Source: Sedimentisphaerales bacterium (GTDB lineage Bacteria; Planctomycetota; Phycisphaerae; Sedimentisphaerales; SM23-30). Taken from it: 64,000 nucleotides of DNA. The DNA lies in contig CAXXMR010000009.1 of the NCBI GenBank assembly GCA_963663805.2, forward strand, positions 416,001 to 480,000. Direction: 5' to 3'. Positions 28,913 to 39,747 of the stretch are shown here, in pieces (the stretch's first letter is position 1; every line of letters begins with the position of its first letter). The translations under genes were made by a program, and so were the position numbers. A model generated the notes under the pieces. The model was not told the DNA's origin. It was given only the letters and a program-made list of their open reading frames with translations, and made no database searches.

Positions 28913-31399
28913 ATGCCTGTGAAAAATATATCGTTAAACGGTAATTGGCAGCTTCGTTGTCCGAAGGCCAATAAACATATCGACTGCGGCATGACGCTGG
29001 ATATTGATGTGCCTGGCGATGTTCATAATTCGCTGCATGACGCCGGAGTGATACCGGAACCGTTCTGGGCGGATAATTTCAAGCAATGCTCCTGGGTCTC
29101 ACGTTGTGACTGGCTGATATATCGTGAATTTACCATTGGACAGGAATTGGCTGGTAAGAAGCTGGAACTGATTTTCGACGGGATTGATACCTATGCGACG
29201 GTTCGACTAAATGGTTTGGTGCTGGGAGAGACAAGTAATATGTTTCTTCAGTATCGTTTTGACGTAAGCGAAGTTATCAGGCTTGACGGGGTTAATCTGC
29301 TTGAAATTGAGATTCACTCGACACGAAATACCATCGAGCAGCGTGACGTGGAAGGATATTTCGCTTGTTTCAATGTGCATCGGATATTTTCGCGGCGGGC
29401 TCAGTGTCAGTTTTCGTGGGACTGGGCACCCGACCTGCCTTCAGTGGGCATCTGGCAGGATGTTCAGTTGCGGGCAGTTGAACCGGGCGTGATAGAGAAT
29501 GTGTTCGCACGCGGTGACGCTAAGGGTAGCGCTTCGTTTGATATCGAGATTGACCCTGAAACAGCACAAACGCTGCGGGATGAAAAACAGCAATTCACTA
29601 TCGAAGTAAAAATTCGCAATGAAAAGCATAGTTTCCAAAAGCAAATCAAATGCAGCGGGGTTAAGAATTTTGTTGATATAAAGGTCGATGACGCCGATTT
29701 GTGGTGGCCCAGCGGTTACGGCCAGGCGGTGCTTTATGATTATGATGTCAGGCTTAAAAATGGTGCGACGGTTCTCGACCAGAAAAACGGACGGATGGGT
29801 TTTCGGACAGTAGAGCTTATTCAGCAGTCGACAGGAGATGACCAGCGGAGTTTTAGGTTCGAGATAAACGGCAGGAAGATTTTCTGCATGGGGGCTAATT
29901 GGGTGCCTTGTGATTGTTTTACCGGTTCGGTTAAGGAGGCGACTTATCTCCGGCTGATAGAGTTAGCAAAAGAGGGAAATCTCAACACCCTGCGGGTCTG
30001 GGGTGGCGGCATATACGAGAAGGATATATTTTACGACCTTTGTGATGAACTGGGACTGCTTGTTTGGCAGGACATGATGTTCGCCTGCGGTGATATTCCG
30101 GACGATGACCATGATTTTGTCGATGAAGTGGTAAAAGAATTCAAGTATCAGGTCCGGCGGCTGAGGAATCATCCGTGTATATTCCATTGGTGCGGCGGAA
30201 ACGAAAAGACCGGGGCTTTTGGTGCGCTCATTACGCGGGGTGATTTGATAACGAAGTATCTGGCCCACGGTATCGTCAAAGACGGCATCCCGCAGGCCAG
30301 TTATACGCCCTCCAGTCCGTTCAGCGACAATGATATTTCCAATAATGGTAACAGCGGCGACACCCACGGCGGGACTTATGAAGAAGCCTTTGCCGACGAT
30401 ATTACAAAATTCCGCGGGTATATCGATAAAAAGCGGGCGGTCTTCATGTCGGAGTTCGGCCTGCACGGCCCGCCGGTCATTCGCAGTCTCAAGAAGTTCA
30501 TGCCGGCGGAGAACCTTTGGCCTTTGAATGATATATGGGAATGCCATGTGCAGGATAATCCCTATAATTCGATACCGGAGACTTTTGTCCAGTTGCAGCG
30601 GGCGGCGGCGGAGAGGCTGTTTTATCGGCCTGAGAGTATCAGTGATTTTGTCAAGACCGCGGGCACTTTTTACGCGGAATATTTATATGCCGAATTCCAG
30701 CATCATCGGCGGCGTCAGCCGGAAAATGCCGGTGCCCTGATATGGATGCTGAACGACTGCTGGCCGGCGGCAAACTGGTCGCTGGTGGACTATTACGGCC
30801 AGCCCAAGCAGGCTTATTATGCCCTGAAAAGAGCGTGTCGGCCTGTGATGTTTTCCTTTCGGGAGATGGACGGCGGATTTGAGCTGTATCTGACGAACAA
30901 TTCGCAGGCGGATATAGCCGGAAATGTCAGAGTTTATTTACGGAATATCGAGGGAACCATCAAGCAGATTGTGAAACAAGCGGAGGTCGCGGTTGGCTCG
31001 CAGGATAGTAACGTTGCTTTGGAGTTTAGCAGGGTTAGTAGCGTTTTGGAGGCCCCAAACGGCTATTTAACCGCGGAATTTGAAGGACTGGAAAGAGCGA
31101 CCCGGGAGATTTACTTCCATAATTTATGGAAAGATATTGACTGGCAGGAGCCTGATGTCAAAATAGAAATGCTGAGCGAGACAACTTCGGACCGATATGA
31201 AATGGTTTGCCGGGTTAGCGCCCAGAGATTCGCACGTTGTGTTAATCTGGCCGCGACCGAAAATGTCGAAGTGCTTTTTAGTGATAATTATTTTGATATT
31301 CCCGCGGGTGAATATGTGGATGTCGTTATCAAATCGAATAAACAGTTAAGGGTTGAAGAGTTGATATTGAACCATTGGCTGACTGACTGGAATTATTAA
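28913..31399 (+). CDS. GH2 beta-mannosidase-like glycosidase
   Basis: FDGIDTYA, QFSWDWAP, GANWVP, LRVWGGGIYE, WCGGNE, MSEFG, WMLNDCWP. Confidence 0.92.
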   Translation: MPVKNISLNGNWQLRCPKANKHIDCGMTLDIDVPGDVHNSLHDAGVIPEPFWADNFKQCSWVSRCDWLIYREFTIGQELAGKKLELIFDGIDTYATVRLNGLVLGETSNMFLQYRFDVSEVIRLDGVNLLEIEIHSTRNTIEQRDVEGYFACFNVHRIFSRRAQCQFSWDWAPDLPSVGIWQDVQLRAVEPGVIENVFARGDAKGSASFDIEIDPETAQTLRDEKQQFTIEVKIRNEKHSFQKQIKCSGVKNFVDIKVDDADLWWPSGYGQAVLYDYDVRLKNGATVLDQKNGRMGFRTVELIQQSTGDDQRSFRFEINGRKIFCMGANWVPCDCFTGSVKEATYLRLIELAKEGNLNTLRVWGGGIYEKDIFYDLCDELGLLVWQDMMFACGDIPDDDHDFVDEVVKEFKYQVRRLRNHPCIFHWCGGNEKTGAFGALITRGDLITKYLAHGIVKDGIPQASYTPSSPFSDNDISNNGNSGDTHGGTYEEAFADDITKFRGYIDKKRAVFMSEFGLHGPPVIRSLKKFMPAENLWPLNDIWECHVQDNPYNSIPETFVQLQRAAAERLFYRPESISDFVKTAGTFYAEYLYAEFQHHRRRQPENAGALIWMLNDCWPAANWSLVDYYGQPKQAYYALKRACRPVMFSFREMDGGFELYLTNNSQADIAGNVRVYLRNIEGTIKQIVKQAEVAVGSQDSNVALEFSRVSSVLEAPNGYLTAEFEGLERATREIYFHNLWKDIDWQEPDVKIEMLSETTSDRYEMVCRVSAQRFARCVNLAATENVEVLFSDNYFDIPAGEYVDVVIKSNKQLRVEELILNHWLTDWNY

Positions 31400-31401
31400 G
31401 G

Positions 31402-32382
31402 TTGAAGATGATGAAGAGAATCGCCTGCTGTTTATTGCTGGGATTGCTGTCGGTGCCGGCACCGGCGGAGAATCGGGTATTGCGACTCGCCCACGGACTG
31501 GACCGCAGCCATCCGGTTCACAAAGCCATGGTTTTTATGGCCGAAAGAGCCCAGGAAAAGTCGCACGGCTCGTTAAAAATATTTATTTATCCCAGTGAAC
31601 AATTGGGCAACGAAAAAGAATGTATCGAGGGCCTTCAACTAGGCTATCTTTCCATGACCAAGACTTCGACAGCGTCAATGGAAGCGTTTGTACCGGAGTT
31701 GAAGGTCTTCAGTATGCCTTATCTGTTTCGGGACTCGGAACATTTCTGGAAGGTCTGTCAGGGCGAGATAGGCAAATCCCTGCTGGTCGCCGGACAGGCC
31801 AAAGGACTGCGGGGACTCTGCTATTATGACGCGGGCGCGCGGAGTTTTTACGCGAAAAAACCAATACTGAAACCTTCTGACCTATGTGCCGATGGGATGA
31901 CCCTCAAAGTGCGGGTGCTGCCCAGTCAAATTGTGCGCGAAATGGTCTCGACAATGGGCGGAGCCCCGACCCCGATATCGTGGGGTGAGCTTTATACCTC
32001 GCTGGACCAGGGCGTCGTTGACGCCGCGGAGAATAATCCGCCTTCGCTGCTGAGTTCACGTCACTATGAGATTTGCCGATATTACAGCCTGGACGAACAT
32101 ACCCGGATACCCGATATGCTGGTGTTAAGTTCGCGGGTGTGGCAGTCGCTTTCGGAGGAGCATCAGCGGATTTTACAGGAAGCGGTTGATGAATCGGTGG
32201 AGTACCAAAAACAATTATGGCGCGAGGGTGAGGAATACGCGATGAAAGTTGTGCAGGAGGATGGGGTGGAGGTCTTTCGGCCTGACAAGGAGCCGTTTCG
32301 CAAGGCGGTTGAGCCTATGATGAAAAAGTATGAGGAATCGAGTCTGGGCGATTTAATCCGCAAAATCAGGGAGGTAAAATAA
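31402..32382 (+). CDS. dctP: TRAP transporter substrate-binding protein
   Basis: LRLAHGL..HPVH, QLGNE, YDAGARSFY, ELYTSLDQGVVDAAENN. Confidence 0.92.
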   Translation: MKMMKRIACCLLLGLLSVPAPAENRVLRLAHGLDRSHPVHKAMVFMAERAQEKSHGSLKIFIYPSEQLGNEKECIEGLQLGYLSMTKTSTASMEAFVPELKVFSMPYLFRDSEHFWKVCQGEIGKSLLVAGQAKGLRGLCYYDAGARSFYAKKPILKPSDLCADGMTLKVRVLPSQIVREMVSTMGGAPTPISWGELYTSLDQGVVDAAENNPPSLLSSRHYEICRYYSLDEHTRIPDMLVLSSRVWQSLSEEHQRILQEAVDESVEYQKQLWREGEEYAMKVVQEDGVEVFRPDKEPFRKAVEPMMKKYEESSLGDLIRKIREVK

Positions 32383-32871
32383 ATGGCGACACTAAAAAAA
32401 ATACTGGACAAAATCCTGGAGGGAATAGTCATTATTTCGATGGCTGCCCTGGTACTGGATGTACTCTGGCAGGTGTTCACCCGGAAAGTTCTGAACGACC
32501 CCAGTGAATGGACCGAGGAACTGGCGATATTTCTGCTGATATGGGTGGCATTGCTGGGTTCAGCGGTGGCTTTGGGCCGGGGGGCTCATCTGGGCATAGA
32601 TTATTTTGTAGGCAAACTATCAATCCGAAAACGCGAATGGACAGAAATCCTGGTGTTTTTCCTGATAGCCTTTTTCGCGATTTATGTAATGCTTTTCGGT
32701 GGGGCAGATTTGGTAAAATGCACATTGGCGATGGACCAGCGCTCGCCGGTGTGGAATGTAAGGATGGGCTATGTTTATCTGGCAGTTCCGGTCAGTGGTT
32801 TTTTCATGGTGCTTTACAGCCTGCTGGGTTTTGTCGAGCGTGTGAAGGCTCTGAGCCGGGAGGGCAGCTAA
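32383..32871 (+). CDS. dctQ: TRAP transporter small permease
   Basis: 4 hydrophobic segments, WQVFTR..WTEELA..HLGID; between dctP and dctM. Confidence 0.9.
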   Translation: MATLKKILDKILEGIVIISMAALVLDVLWQVFTRKVLNDPSEWTEELAIFLLIWVALLGSAVALGRGAHLGIDYFVGKLSIRKREWTEILVFFLIAFFAIYVMLFGGADLVKCTLAMDQRSPVWNVRMGYVYLAVPVSGFFMVLYSLLGFVERVKALSREGS

Positions 32872-34170
32872 ATGGATATTACGATTCTAATATTAGTTTT
32901 GTTATTTGTTTTCCTGTTGCTGATAAACGTGCCGGTGGCGTTTTGTATGGGAATCGCGACGACGGTAGCGTTCATCCTGATGGATTGCCCCGCGGCGGTA
33001 GCGGTAGCTCATAAAATCGCTACGGGTATCGACAGTTTTACTTTGCTGGCGATACCGTTTTTTATTCTGTCGGGTCTGCTGATGGGCCATGGCGGGATTG
33101 CCCGGCGGTTGATAGATTTCGCGGAGGTGCTGGTAGGGCGGTTCAAAGGCGGCCTGGCGTTTGTGAACGTGGTAACCTGCATGTTTTTCGGAGCGATATC
33201 CGGTTCCGCGGCCGCGGCGGTCTCCTCGGTCGGCGGTTTCATGATTCCGCTGATGAACATGAAAGGCTACGACCGAGATTTTAACACCTCTGTTACCATA
33301 ACCGCCGCGACTACGGGCCTGCTGATTCCGCCCAGTAACGTAATGATAGTTTATTCCTTGGCGACCGGCGGGGCGGTATCGATCGCGGCAATTTTCATCG
33401 CGGGCATTCTACCGGGCATCCTGCTGGGGTTGTTTTTGCTGGTGGTGAGCGGGTTGATTTCCATTAAAAACGGCTATGGCAAGGGCAACATTTTTGGGTT
33501 TAGCCAGAGCGCCAAGAAATTTTTCTCGGCGATTCCGGCATTGCTGCTGATTTTTATTGTTATGGGCGGAATTCTGGCCGGCTGGTTCACCGCCACCGAA
33601 GCATCAGCGGTAGCGGTGGCGTGGTCATTTCTGCTGGCGGTGGTCTTCTACAGGGAGGTTCAACTCAGGGAACTGCCCGGCATCTTGCTGCATTGCGGGG
33701 TAACAACCGCGGTGGTGTTTCTGCTGATTGGCACAAGCATGGCCATGAGCTGGGTCCTGGCGGCGCAGAACATCCCGCAGGACATCAGCACGATGTTGAT
33801 TGGCCTTACGGATAACAAAATCGTCCTTCTGCTGCTTGTTAATATAATATTACTGGTAGTAGGGACATTCATGGATATGACGCCGGCGGTTTTGATTTTT
33901 ACCCCGATTTTCCTGCCGATAGTTACCAAACTGGGCATGCACCCGCTGCATTTCGGGATTGTAATGATAATGAACCTTTGCATCGGTTTGTGCACGCCGC
34001 CGGTGGGGACGTGTCTGTTCCTCGGTTGCGGCATCGGCCAAACAACGGTCACGAATGTGATTCGCAAGATTATCCCATTTTTCATCGCCATGGTCGCGGC
34101 CCTGCTGATTTGCACTTATATCGAAAGCATTTCGCTGCTGCTGCCGGGCATGTTCGGATTTTTGGATTAG
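32872..34170 (+). CDS. dctM: TRAP transporter large permease
   Basis: LLAIPFFIL, FGAISGSA, LIPPS, TATEA, IGLCTPPVG. Confidence 0.93.
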   Translation: MDITILILVLLFVFLLLINVPVAFCMGIATTVAFILMDCPAAVAVAHKIATGIDSFTLLAIPFFILSGLLMGHGGIARRLIDFAEVLVGRFKGGLAFVNVVTCMFFGAISGSAAAAVSSVGGFMIPLMNMKGYDRDFNTSVTITAATTGLLIPPSNVMIVYSLATGGAVSIAAIFIAGILPGILLGLFLLVVSGLISIKNGYGKGNIFGFSQSAKKFFSAIPALLLIFIVMGGILAGWFTATEASAVAVAWSFLLAVVFYREVQLRELPGILLHCGVTTAVVFLLIGTSMAMSWVLAAQNIPQDISTMLIGLTDNKIVLLLLVNIILLVVGTFMDMTPAVLIFTPIFLPIVTKLGMHPLHFGIVMIMNLCIGLCTPPVGTCLFLGCGIGQTTVTNVIRKIIPFFIAMVAALLICTYIESISLLLPGMFGFLD

Positions 34171-34178
34171 GCTAATTC

Positions 34179-35291
34179 ATGAATAAGTTGTTATTTGCTT
34201 TGGCGGTGGTTTTTCTGTTGGAATATTTTATGAATCATAATTTATGGGCTGCTCAGCCGAAGCCGCCGGCAGGAATTGTGTCGCTGGGGGGCAGTAATTA
34301 CGCCTTTTGTCGAATCGACGATGAGTATCTCCTGCAAAATGAGCCTCACGCCTGGTGGAAGCCCGGAGTTTTGCAGCATGCCGTAGGGGCCTTTCACTTG
34401 CAGGAAACCGGCTATGTCCAGCAGTCTTTGCAAATGATGTATCAGAGTGGGCAGCGCAAGATAGCCCTGGTTTTATGGTTTATGGATATTGCCCAGGATA
34501 AAGCTGCCAAAGGTTCACAGTGGCCCGGCGCAGTGCCGGAAAAATATAAACACATGTATGGCCATACTATCGACGGGGCCGCCGGCAGGCTGTGCCCGCA
34601 GCATCAGGAAAATCTGCGAAACCTTCTGGAACTGATTCATAAAACCGGATTTGAGACGGTGACAATCAGATTTGCCGCCCAGGGCATCAATAATCCTATG
34701 GAGTGGGAAAAATGGGAAGATGCACGATATAAGGAAAATTTGAGTTTTATCCTTTCCACCAAACAGATTGTTGACGATACCCTTAAAGACAAGGTCGAAA
34801 TTTTATATGATTTAGGTTTGGAGCTGGGTGGGCTCGAAGGTTTCTGTACGGAATATGACAAGCGGCTGTGGCGGGACTATACGAATAAATTCGGCACATC
34901 TGACACTTTGGGTTTTTCGTTCGCGGTTAATCCGGGACGCCTTACAAACATGCTGAAAATTTACAAGGAGTCGGGGCTTTATCCCGCTGCTTATGCCTTC
35001 GATGTGTATTTTGAAGCTGACAAGGTGCTGGATTATATCGCCCAGGAGTTTCAGCAATGCGACATTAATAATCCCGCGATTATTATCCAGGAAACATTTT
35101 ATAATGACTCTCAAACACTTAAGGAGTTACAAGCTGCGGTACAAAAGCATGATTTGCGCCTGCTCTATATTGTGCAATGGCAGGTGGAGCGAGCGAAGAT
35201 GTACTGGGAGAAAGAGGACGGCCAGAAGTATTTCCGCCATTTTTCCGTAAGCCGACCCATTGAGTACGAAAATTATATTAGGGACAAGTAA
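34179..35291 (+). CDS. secreted hypothetical protein, possible TIM-barrel glycosidase
   Basis: Signal peptide; GSNY near the N-terminus, YDLGLELGG, FDVY, IIQETFYND, VQW spaced like clan GH-A strands (weak). Confidence 0.55.
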   Translation: MNKLLFALAVVFLLEYFMNHNLWAAQPKPPAGIVSLGGSNYAFCRIDDEYLLQNEPHAWWKPGVLQHAVGAFHLQETGYVQQSLQMMYQSGQRKIALVLWFMDIAQDKAAKGSQWPGAVPEKYKHMYGHTIDGAAGRLCPQHQENLRNLLELIHKTGFETVTIRFAAQGINNPMEWEKWEDARYKENLSFILSTKQIVDDTLKDKVEILYDLGLELGGLEGFCTEYDKRLWRDYTNKFGTSDTLGFSFAVNPGRLTNMLKIYKESGLYPAAYAFDVYFEADKVLDYIAQEFQQCDINNPAIIIQETFYNDSQTLKELQAAVQKHDLRLLYIVQWQVERAKMYWEKEDGQKYFRHFSVSRPIEYENYIRDK

Positions 35292-35412
35292 CTATTCATA
35301 GATTGTTTCATCAAAAGGCACCGAAGGGGTCGTAAGAGCAATAGCCGGGCGGCGTAAGCTCCCGGAATATTTGACAAAAACCAACCATAAGCCCAAAAGG
35401 GCCGAAAGAAAT

Positions 35413-35476
35413 TATTTGCCGTTAAAAATCCGCGTAATCTGCGTAATCTGCGGCTAAATATTTTCGTTGTCGTTGT
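35413..35476 (+). repeat. 64-bp direct repeat, copy 2
   Basis: Matches 28757-28820; preceded at ~35340-35370 by a minus-strand copy of the REP-like GCTTACGC palindrome. Confidence 0.85.
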
Positions 35477-35477
35477 T

Positions 35478-36923
35478 TTGGAAGAAATAAAAGTGAAAAA
35501 TACAAATTCAGTAAATGCCACGGTACCGACTTTAAGCTCTAAACTGCCTTTTGTCCAGAAGTTTTGCTGGGGGATGGGCGCCTTCGCCAATACCCTCATG
35601 GTTAATACCATCCTTATCATGGCGTTTCCGATATACAATCTGGCATTGGGGGTTGACCCCAAGTATCTGGGCTGGGCTTTGTCTGTCCCGCGTTTATGGG
35701 ACGCCCTCAGCGACCCGCTCATGGGCAATATTTCCGACAACACCCGCAGCCGCTTCGGTCGGCGTCGGCCTTATATCATCCTGGGGGCGATACTTGCGGG
35801 GATATTTTTTGCCTTGATGTGGGCACCGCCGGCCGCACTGAGCGAGTTCCAGTTGTTTTTGTACTTTCTGGTAATTTCGGTTTTGTATTTTACCTCCTAT
35901 ACCATTTTCGCCGTGCCCTGGAACGCCATGGGCTTTGAGCTGACCACGGATTATAACGAGCGGACTAACGTAATGGCCTATCGAACTTTTCTGGAAGCGG
36001 TAGGGGGGATGCTGCTCGTGCCCTGGATTTACAAACTTTGCTTCCTCGATATTTTCGGCGGCAACGAGGTTGTCGGGGCTCGCTGGGTTGGTGCCGGATA
36101 TGGCCTCATGATAATCATAATCGGTGTGATGCCGGCATTGTTCTGCAAAGAAAATCTTCAGGTCCAGTCTCAGGCCAAAATAAAATTCTTTGAGGCCTTT
36201 AAGTACACGGTCAAAAACCGGGTGTTTCTGCTTTTGTGCCTGGCGATTTTCCTGGTCCTGGCCAGCATTTTCCTGGTCATGCCTTTCGGCGGCTATGTCA
36301 ATATCTACTATGTTTACGGCGGCGACAAAGAGGGCGGGGCCACAATTTCAGCCATTGGCGGGACGTTTTACGGATTAGCCGGAATGTTGTGGACGCCCGT
36401 GATTGTCTGGCTGAGCAAGAGATTCGATAAGAAAAGGGTACTCATGGCAGGTCAGGCCATGTTTGTCGTCGCGTCCCTGTTTACTTGGGTGCTTTATAAT
36501 CCGGTTTATCCCTATTTACAGTTGGTTTATGCCTTGTTCGCCTGTCAGGGGCTTACGTGCGTGTGGATATTGTCGTCGTCAATGCTGGCCGACATTTGCG
36601 ACGTTGACGAGCTTCGGTCGGGGTTGCGCCGCGAGGGAATGTACGGAGCGGTTTATTCCTGGGTGTTCAAGCTGGGAATTTCGGGCGTAATGATTCTGAG
36701 CGGTTATATGGTCAGTTGGTCCGGTTTCGATGAAAGGGTGGTGGTTCAGCCCGCCGAAACAATATTGAAGCTGAGGATACTTTATGCTATAGTACCCGCG
36801 GCAGGTATGCTGCTGGCGTTGATTGCCATGGCCTTTTATCCCATTACACGGGAAAAAGCCCTGGAAATCAGAAAACAGATTGACCAGATGAAATCTCAAA
36901 AGGATGCTGAACTTGGACATTAA
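35478..36923 (+). CDS. MFS glycoside-pentoside-hexuronide symporter (MelB-like)
   Basis: RLWDALSDPLMGNISDNTRSRFGRRRPYI, ELTTDYNERT, ADICDVDE..GLRREG. Confidence 0.92.
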   Translation: MEEIKVKNTNSVNATVPTLSSKLPFVQKFCWGMGAFANTLMVNTILIMAFPIYNLALGVDPKYLGWALSVPRLWDALSDPLMGNISDNTRSRFGRRRPYIILGAILAGIFFALMWAPPAALSEFQLFLYFLVISVLYFTSYTIFAVPWNAMGFELTTDYNERTNVMAYRTFLEAVGGMLLVPWIYKLCFLDIFGGNEVVGARWVGAGYGLMIIIIGVMPALFCKENLQVQSQAKIKFFEAFKYTVKNRVFLLLCLAIFLVLASIFLVMPFGGYVNIYYVYGGDKEGGATISAIGGTFYGLAGMLWTPVIVWLSKRFDKKRVLMAGQAMFVVASLFTWVLYNPVYPYLQLVYALFACQGLTCVWILSSSMLADICDVDELRSGLRREGMYGAVYSWVFKLGISGVMILSGYMVSWSGFDERVVVQPAETILKLRILYAIVPAAGMLLALIAMAFYPITREKALEIRKQIDQMKSQKDAELGH

Positions 36924-39747
36924 AGCTGACTGGATTTGGCGGAGGCTGGAGGGGGCAGCTTATAATGATATTATTATCGCGGAGAAGGAGTTTGAGCTAA
37001 AGACCGGCATGGCTGATGCGATGATACGCATTAGCGCGGACAGTTTTTATCGACTTTTTGTCAATGGCAAATGGGTAAATGATGGTCCCTGCCGCGGTTG
37101 GCCGGAACATTATTATTATGACCAGATTGACATTACCGATTATTTACGACCGGGCGCCAATCAAATACGGATAATCGCCTGCCATTATGGTATAGGCCAT
37201 TTCCACGGAGTGCCCCGGCAGCCGGGCCTGTTAGCTCAGATCAATATTGAATATACCGACGGTACACTTGCCTCGGTCATCACCGACCCTGGCTGGCAGG
37301 TTGCACCAGCGGAGGGATGGTCACGCAACACCCCCAAGATTAGTTGTCAGATGGCACCTGCCGAGTATTATGATGCTCGGCTGGAGCAGGCATTAAAATT
37401 TGAAGATGCGCAGGTTGTCTCCAAAACCAAGGACGGACCCTGGAAAAATATTCAGCAGCGGGATGTGCAGTTGCTCACCAAACTGCCCGTGGCCTTTCAA
37501 TCTTATGTAGCGGGCAATATTCTGGAACGCAGTGACGATAGCAGAATTTATTGTCTGCCCTGGGCAAGACTGTTGTATCCGGGACTGGTTCAAGCCAACC
37601 GAATGCTCATGCCCGCGTTCGCTCTGGCGACTGTCATTGAAGCCGAGACAAACATCGAGTTCCAGATCGAGATTGTTGATTATCGCGACGGAAGGTATTT
37701 TACTTATGTTGACGGTAAACCTTTTCGCGGAACGGTGTCTTTAGCGGCGGGGCGGCATTTGCTTTTTATTACACATGGCCTGGACCTTAATCACACCACA
37801 GATATAGTTCTCAATGTTCATGCCAGCGAATATCATTTCGTCAATCCTTACGATACTGCCTCCGAAAATGGCTGGGCCCTGCTGGAATTTCCGCAGTTCA
37901 AAGCGAACAATAACGATTTGAACTGGCGGCAACCGCTGGATGACTACGCCGAAATAATGGCGGCTTATCGTAAAGAAATGCAGAGGCTCGGGGCGATTCA
38001 TGCTGAAGTAGAATTCTGCCAGGCGACCGCTGAAAAGATCAAAAAGCTGAACGCTGAACAGATGTTTGCCCAGGACAGTTATTTCCGGTTTATCAATCGT
38101 AAGCAGCTGCGCCCAGCCGATAGCCAGCTTTTACAACCGGAAAACCTTCTCGCCGGCGGCAGGGGACAGCTTCAGGTTATGCCCGCCGACGCCGGTGACC
38201 CTGAACTTATTTACGATTTGGGCCAACAGAATATCGGCTATTATAGCTTTGAACTGGAAGCGCCCGCCGGGGTTGAAATTGATATTTACGCCGTTGAATA
38301 TATCTCGCCCGAAGGACTTGTTCAGTATCCCGGTGACCATCGTAACGGCATGACGTATATTACCCGTGAGGGAAAAAATGTTTTTACGAGTCTCAAACGC
38401 CGGTCGGGACGCTATGTGTTTATGAGATTCTGCAATCTAAGCGAACCTTTAGTAATTAAGCGCTTTGAATTGATAGAATCAACCTATCCCGTGGAGTTTT
38501 TGGGCAGCTTTGAATGCGCGGATGAGTCCTTGAATAAAATTTGGAATATTTCCGCTCATACCCTCAAACTGTGCATGGAAGATACTTTTACCGACTGCCC
38601 CTTATATGAACAGACCTTCTGGGTCGGCGATGCCCGAAACGAATCACTGTTCGCCTATGGCGTTTTCGGTGCGACTGATATTGCCAGACGTTGTATTCGA
38701 TTGGCGGCTCAGTCCCTGGAGCGTTACCCGATTGTCGGATGTCAGGTACCCTCCAGCTGGGACTGCCTGCTGCCCGCCTGGAGCTTTATCTGGGGTATTT
38801 CGATTTGGGATTACTATTGGTATACCAAAGATGTTGATTTCGTAGAGGAAATGTGGACGTCTATTCTCAAAAATCTCCACGGAGCACGGAATTTTATCAA
38901 TTCAGACGGACTTTTCAGTGCCGACTTCTGGAATCTCTTCGACTGGGCCGGTATTGACCAGGAACAAGATACCGTTTTACATAACAGTATGTTCATGGTC
39001 GGAGCTATTGATGCCGCCCTTAAATGCGCTCAGATACTGGGACGGGAAAAAGAACTCGACGACCTGCTAAAGCTCAAAAAAGAGCTGAAGAACACGCTAA
39101 ATAGCTATTGGCTCGCCGACGAACAGGCCTACCCCGACAGTATCCACGAAAATGGCACAATTAGCAATTCTGTTTCCCAGCATACAAGTTTCCTGGCCTT
39201 ACTCTATGACATCGCCCCCCCGGATAAGGTCCAGGCCTTATTGAAAAATGTGCTCCAGCCTTCCCAAAAAACGGTTAAGGTCGGCTCGCCCTTCGCGATT
39301 TTGTATATGTATGAGATGTTGGAAAAATTCGACCGCGAAGATTCCATTATCCAGTCTATATATGATTCTTATTTGCCCATGATACAGGCTGGCGCAACTA
39401 CAGTATGGGAATCTTTTGCTTCGGGCACTCTAGCTCACGGTGAATTTCCCACCCGCAGCCATTGTCATGCCTGGTCGTCTGCGCCGGTATATTTCTTAAA
39501 CCGGATAGTTCTGGGAATCAGACCAACTTCCCCCGGCGGCCAAGCATTTGAGATAAGCCCGTATATCAAAGACCTGGATTGGGCCAAGGGCAGTTATGCC
39601 ACAGCCAAAGGAGTCTTGGAAGTGTCCTGGCGCAAAAAAGGCAACACCCTCGAAGTCAACTGGAATGGTCCCGCCGGGATAGGTGTAAGCTTCAGAAAAA
39701 ACCCCACCAACCAAGACTGCCAGGTCAGATTATCACGAATTAACTGA
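36904..39747 (+). CDS. alpha-L-rhamnosidase (GH78-like)
   Basis: ISADSFYRLFVNG, DLGQQNIG, FTDCPLYEQTFWVGD, GATTVWE, SHCHAWSSAP. Confidence 0.9.
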   Translation: MLNLDIKADWIWRRLEGAAYNDIIIAEKEFELKTGMADAMIRISADSFYRLFVNGKWVNDGPCRGWPEHYYYDQIDITDYLRPGANQIRIIACHYGIGHFHGVPRQPGLLAQINIEYTDGTLASVITDPGWQVAPAEGWSRNTPKISCQMAPAEYYDARLEQALKFEDAQVVSKTKDGPWKNIQQRDVQLLTKLPVAFQSYVAGNILERSDDSRIYCLPWARLLYPGLVQANRMLMPAFALATVIEAETNIEFQIEIVDYRDGRYFTYVDGKPFRGTVSLAAGRHLLFITHGLDLNHTTDIVLNVHASEYHFVNPYDTASENGWALLEFPQFKANNNDLNWRQPLDDYAEIMAAYRKEMQRLGAIHAEVEFCQATAEKIKKLNAEQMFAQDSYFRFINRKQLRPADSQLLQPENLLAGGRGQLQVMPADAGDPELIYDLGQQNIGYYSFELEAPAGVEIDIYAVEYISPEGLVQYPGDHRNGMTYITREGKNVFTSLKRRSGRYVFMRFCNLSEPLVIKRFELIESTYPVEFLGSFECADESLNKIWNISAHTLKLCMEDTFTDCPLYEQTFWVGDARNESLFAYGVFGATDIARRCIRLAAQSLERYPIVGCQVPSSWDCLLPAWSFIWGISIWDYYWYTKDVDFVEEMWTSILKNLHGARNFINSDGLFSADFWNLFDWAGIDQEQDTVLHNSMFMVGAIDAALKCAQILGREKELDDLLKLKKELKNTLNSYWLADEQAYPDSIHENGTISNSVSQHTSFLALLYDIAPPDKVQALLKNVLQPSQKTVKVGSPFAILYMYEMLEKFDREDSIIQSIYDSYLPMIQAGATTVWESFASGTLAHGEFPTRSHCHAWSSAPVYFLNRIVLGIRPTSPGGQAFEISPYIKDLDWAKGSYATAKGVLEVSWRKKGNTLEVNWNGPAGIGVSFRKNPTNQDCQVRLSRIN

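Noticed and set aside
15919..39747. Naming a specific polysaccharide substrate for the locus
   Set aside because: Rhamnosidase, mannosidase-like GH2, KduI/KduD and TRAP indicate a rhamnose/uronate glycan but cannot distinguish pectin, ulvan or bacterial EPS from sequence alone.
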